DNA from: Xylographa opegraphella
Taxonomy: Eukaryota
NCBI GenBank assembly: GCA_022813865.1
Contig: JALDZX010000005.1
Coordinates: forward strand, 248,001-312,000
Reading direction: 5' to 3'
DNA: 64,000 bases
Shown here: positions 59,965-64,000 of the stretch, in pieces
Layout of the letters: each line of letters begins with the position of its first letter
How positions within the stretch are numbered: the first letter of the stretch is position 1
Position numbers and translations under genes: made by a program
The notes under the pieces: model-generated
What the model was told of the DNA's origin: nothing
The model's database searches: none
What the model saw: only the letters and a program-made list of their open reading frames with translations

Positions 59965-60799
59965 GGAGCGGAGGCTGGGTGTGAGGATGGTAGGACGGGT
60001 GCGTGAGAGGGGCTGGGGGGTATGTTGGAGCAGGTTTCACGGTCACGCTTTTGGATGCGGGACGGGTGGGGGAATAGGTGATGTGTTCGTTGGACATTTC
60101 GATATATATATCAGTCTATATATATGTGTGTATAAGCAACTCGACCAAGGCACTTCGGTAGTAACACTCTACACAATTCCCCAACCTGTTCCCTCAACAG
60201 ACAAAGTCCAGCAAACCGCCACCGTCACACACCCTCCAACCCCCCCCCCCCCCTCGCCTCCCTCCCTCGACATCAACCACGCATCAATTGATAAAAGAAC
60301 CAGCTGTTCGAGTATACAGTCACCTGTTTCAGTCCTCCCATCGCGGGCCGTATCGGAATGAGGTACACTGTAGCACCATGATACATACGCATCAGCCGAA
60401 GTTTCGGTAAAAGATGGGGATTAGCCGCAAGTGTCGCACCTGGTTGGCATGCATAGATATGCGGACGTGCATAGAACGGTATACGCGATGGAAACCCGCC
60501 CGGGCTTTCGAAAAGATATCTGACGTGTCACCGAGGTTTTTAGCAGTCGTGGAGGGCAATGGGAGCGACAGGCCGCCGAGCTTCATCAAAGATTCTTTGT
60601 TTTGCGTACTTCGTTACCAAGGGGAGGAACATCGAGGTACGAGTCATCGTCGCTTTTCGCGCAGGGCGCACAATACAGTAGACAATGATAAATGGGGTGG
60701 AGAAAACCCGCCTGGACTTCACCAACCCTCAAACCAGCGTTTACCATTCTCCACCCTACTATATTCCCCCCTTGCCGCCCACACCACCCACCCCCTTAC

Positions 60800-61894
60800 T
60801 CATTCCGCAGACGACGACCCAGCCGCACCGTCCTTCACCCCGACGCCGACATAGAACCAGATATCCTCCCTCACCATCGCGCTGCGGCCCATGCGCTTGA
60901 TATACTCTTCGACATAGATCCCATCCGCGCGGCCCCGCACCCCGACGTCCCCCTTCCAGGGCGAGCCCGGCGCGTCGAGCGCCTGGTGCAGCTTGTCCAG
61001 GCCGTTTGTGAGATCGTACTCGACGGTGCGGTAGACGCGCGACGGGAAGATGTGCAGCGGGCGAAGGCCGGCGCTGGTGAAGAGGTCGCGCAGGTAGTCG
61101 GCCAGCTGGGCGGGGGTGGAGCCGTAGAAGACGTCGAGGCCCGTCTCGCGCGCGAGCCGGACCAGCACCTGGCCCGTGAGGCGCGTGGAGTCGGTGGGGA
61201 TGTCGAAGACGATGCGGCCGCCGGGTTTGAGGTAGGTGCTCCATTGGCGCAGGGTGGGGATCTCGTTGCCCAGCAGCGAGAAGGCGGCGGCGCAGGTGAT
61301 GACGTGGGCGGACCAGGGGGTGGACGACGCTTGCGGGGCGGTGACGTCGGCTTGGAGGAAGGTGATGTCTGCTTGGGCCGCGACGGCTTTGCGCTGCGCT
61401 TCGGCGAGCATGCCGCGCGAGATATCGATGCCCGTCACGTGCCCTGAGGGGCCGACGAGGCGCTTTGCCGGTATGGAGATGAGGCCGGTGCCGCAGGCCA
61501 TATCGATGAGCGTTTGGCCGGGCTCGAGATCGATCCAGCCGAGATAGTCGTCGGCCATCTGGCGGTGGAAGGGATTGTCGTAGAAGCGCGCACGGGAGCC
61601 GAAAATACGCTCCATCGCCGCTTCGTTGTTGAGACGCTCTTGCGGGCTCGGGGGCGAGTCATCGTCCTGGCAGCTGAGACAGATCAGACCGTTCCTGCCC
61701 GAGACTGCCAACGGACTGTTGTTCGATGCGAAAGGAAGTCTGGGACGGCCGCTGAAGGGTGGTCTGGGTCGAATGACTGGAGGAAGAGGTCGCTGTACCT
61801 GAAGCGGCACGCTCGGTGCTCGAAGAGCGGCTTGAGAGAGAGAAGAGTGAAATGAGAAAATTAGTAGACTTGAGATTACCCAAAACAGAGCCAT
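60800..61894 (-). CDS. Class I SAM-dependent methyltransferase (UbiE-like) with an N-terminal signal peptide
   Basis: LIDMACGTGL motif I, VTGIDISRGML, FLQADVT, LKPGGRIVFD; N-terminus MALFWVISSLLIFSFHSSLSQA. Confidence 0.85.
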   Translation of the reverse strand: MALFWVISSLLIFSFHSSLSQAALRAPSVPLQVQRPLPPVIRPRPPFSGRPRLPFASNNSPLAVSGRNGLICLSCQDDDSPPSPQERLNNEAAMERIFGSRARFYDNPFHRQMADDYLGWIDLEPGQTLIDMACGTGLISIPAKRLVGPSGHVTGIDISRGMLAEAQRKAVAAQADITFLQADVTAPQASSTPWSAHVITCAAAFSLLGNEIPTLRQWSTYLKPGGRIVFDIPTDSTRLTGQVLVRLARETGLDVFYGSTPAQLADYLRDLFTSAGLRPLHIFPSRVYRTVEYDLTNGLDKLHQALDAPGSPWKGDVGVRGRADGIYVEEYIKRMGRSAMVREDIWFYVGVGVKDGAAGSSSAE

Positions 61895-62584
61895 TCCTTA
61901 ACAACGATTTATACTCTTGTGTAATGTATAGCTGACGTATATAACAGAAGCAGCGCGAAAAAAAATCGGCGAAAAAGCAACATCTTCAGGACATAGATCT
62001 TGAAGAGGGAACATATTAGCCACCATATCGTGCTCTGACAATCTCTCGATCTGACCTCGATACGTGGAGTGAACTCAGTTGAGCGTTTTGCAATCCCACC
62101 TGAGATCGGAAAATATTCGCGGGCAGACGACTGGTCGTCGCATGTATGTTCACCGTTGCGCCAGTTTGAGGCAGAGCCAACATAATAGCTACATCCTCAT
62201 CAGATGTGCAATGTACATTCTGTACATCGCTGGATCGCGATGCATAAGTGGGCTGAGCTTGTTTTGAGAGAGCAACTGGAAGTCGTTCGAATGTTTGTAG
62301 TCAAGGCTTTTCGCCAAGCCTTCCGCCCCAAAAATCCTGGGAAGGCACTAACTAGGGTTATAGACAACATTAAAATTGCTCTCCATGCTCTCCCCGATGT
62401 TCAAGTAACTGGTTCTCGCTAGATACCATTCATCTAACATGTTACGAAGTCAAGCCCAAAAAACAAGTATTCCCATCTCCCCCTGCGAAGCCGTCACACC
62501 TACCCAAAAGACCTAATCAAAGAATGAAACCCCATCCCAGATCCCCTACATTCCCACCCCCAATCCGCTCCCTCCACCAAAAAT

Positions 62585-64000
62585 TTACTTCCTGCGAAAA
62601 ACCTCCTCGCCCCTAACCACCACAAAGAACCCGCCCGCAATCATCACGGCCGTGAAACTCATCACCGCGGCGAAAACCCAGCTGTTCCACGCCGCGGCTA
62701 CGATCTGCTCCTCAGTGGCCCAGAGGATGATCCAGGCTTTAGTGCCAAGACCGAGCACGCTGCTCTCGCACCAGCAGTTGTTGTAGACGTTGGTGAACTG
62801 CAAGATGGAGATCAGGAGGAGCCAGATGGCGTTGAGGGAGCCGAGGAGGACGCCGAGGAAGCGGGTGAGTGGGATGAGGGGGAGGAGGAAGGAGGGCGGC
62901 AGAGGTGGGATGGACAAGGGGGGGGAGGGAGGCAGGGTGAGGGAGGAGTGGGCTGTTGTTTGTTGGGAGAGGAGGGAGCCTAGTTCGATGTCTGAGGCTG
63001 CGGCTGTGGTAGATGGTTGTGGCGGATTGCTAGACTCAGTGCATAGGGTGTACTGGTGAGAGAAGTGGGCAGATAACGCGAGGAGTGCCCAGGAGAGGGT
63101 GGCCATACTGCCGTAGAGGAGGTAGGCCCCTGACTCACAGCCGAGACCGACTACTGGAGTGCTATGAATGCTGTCAGTGCCATAAGGGGGTATTGGGAGG
63201 ATCTCACCTACTTATATGCTGTCAAGATCGCGGCCCCGGTAGTACCCCATTGCAGAACGACGCCAATGAACGTAGAGAGTAGGTAGTGCCAATTCATGTA
63301 ATGGCTGTCTCTTGAAGGCAGACGATAATTTGGCGGGTATATATAGGCTTCCATCTCCTCCGGACTACCATGTAAATTATCTTTCCACTGTCTGACATCG
63401 TAGTTCCAGCCGATCTCTTTCCTATGAACTGGGTGTCTGGCCTCGAGGCGCGCGTTCAGCGTCTCGAACGCGTCAATGACGAGTCTCGAAGTGTAAAAAT
63501 GCGACGAAGCTCTTGCGTAGTTGAATATGGGGCCAGGCTCCATCTCGAAACCGGCGATGGAGATTCCGTACAACGTACGAGGCGGCGGCTTCTCATGAAG
63601 CAGACGTCTGCAACGCTCAAGATCTGACCCGGTTGATGAAAATTCATCGCTGCTTCGATCTCGGAATCCTATCATCCTATTTGTCACTCGTCGCAGCGGT
63701 TCGTAGACCCCTGAAGCGCTCTCTTCTGACACTAATGCTTCCGCTGTCATTAATGCATCGCGAATAGTGCTTGACGATCTCTGGGTCCCCACCCAAACGA
63801 AACCGAGCGTGACCGGAATCATCCAGATCCAGAGGCTATTGATGGCAACACCTATGCCCATTGTACTATTATCCACGGTTGCATTGAAGAAGTCAGAGAT
63901 CGCACTGATCACGGCGAGGATAACCCATATTACCTGCGCAAGCAGTGAATATGTCCTGAATCCCGTCAGCAACACGGCCCATCAAGGAAGAAAGCACCTC
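62585..64000 (-). CDS. Multi-pass fungal membrane protein of unknown function, 5' end outside the window
   Basis: INSLWIWMIPVTLG, EPGPIFNYAR, LQWGTTGAAILTAY|NTPVVGLGCESGAYLLYG, QFTNVYNNCWC; one intron near 63162-63210. Confidence 0.8.

Overview
Gene-dense eukaryotic DNA from a filamentous ascomycete (Pezizomycotina): short GT-AG introns with CTRAC-type branch points and about 23 protein genes, with no rRNA, tRNA, CRISPR array or intact transposon that I can support. The core backbone is PDI1 (runs off the left edge), ATG22, MED14, OCT1, GRH1, TGS1, TAF1, a WSC protein, an NDR-like kinase, FPR4, REV1, JHD1, a small mitochondrial protein, acylphosphatase, a CH-like protein, KAR9, MTM1, HRT3, a SAM methyltransferase and a membrane protein (runs off the right edge). 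Between REV1 and JHD1 (about 33.0-42.4 kb) lies an accessory-looking island. It holds a HeLo cell-death domain fused to an E2/UBC domain whose catalytic Cys is replaced by Trp, a surface protein with two probable GC-AG introns, decayed DNA, and a HET-domain gene. Other notable signals are a signal-peptide-bearing methyltransferase, recurring C-rich to G-rich skew inversions, a 438-nt motif-bearing intron and a clustered TAC(T/C)CCGTA promoter motif. All family assignments come from motif recognition by eye, not from database searches.
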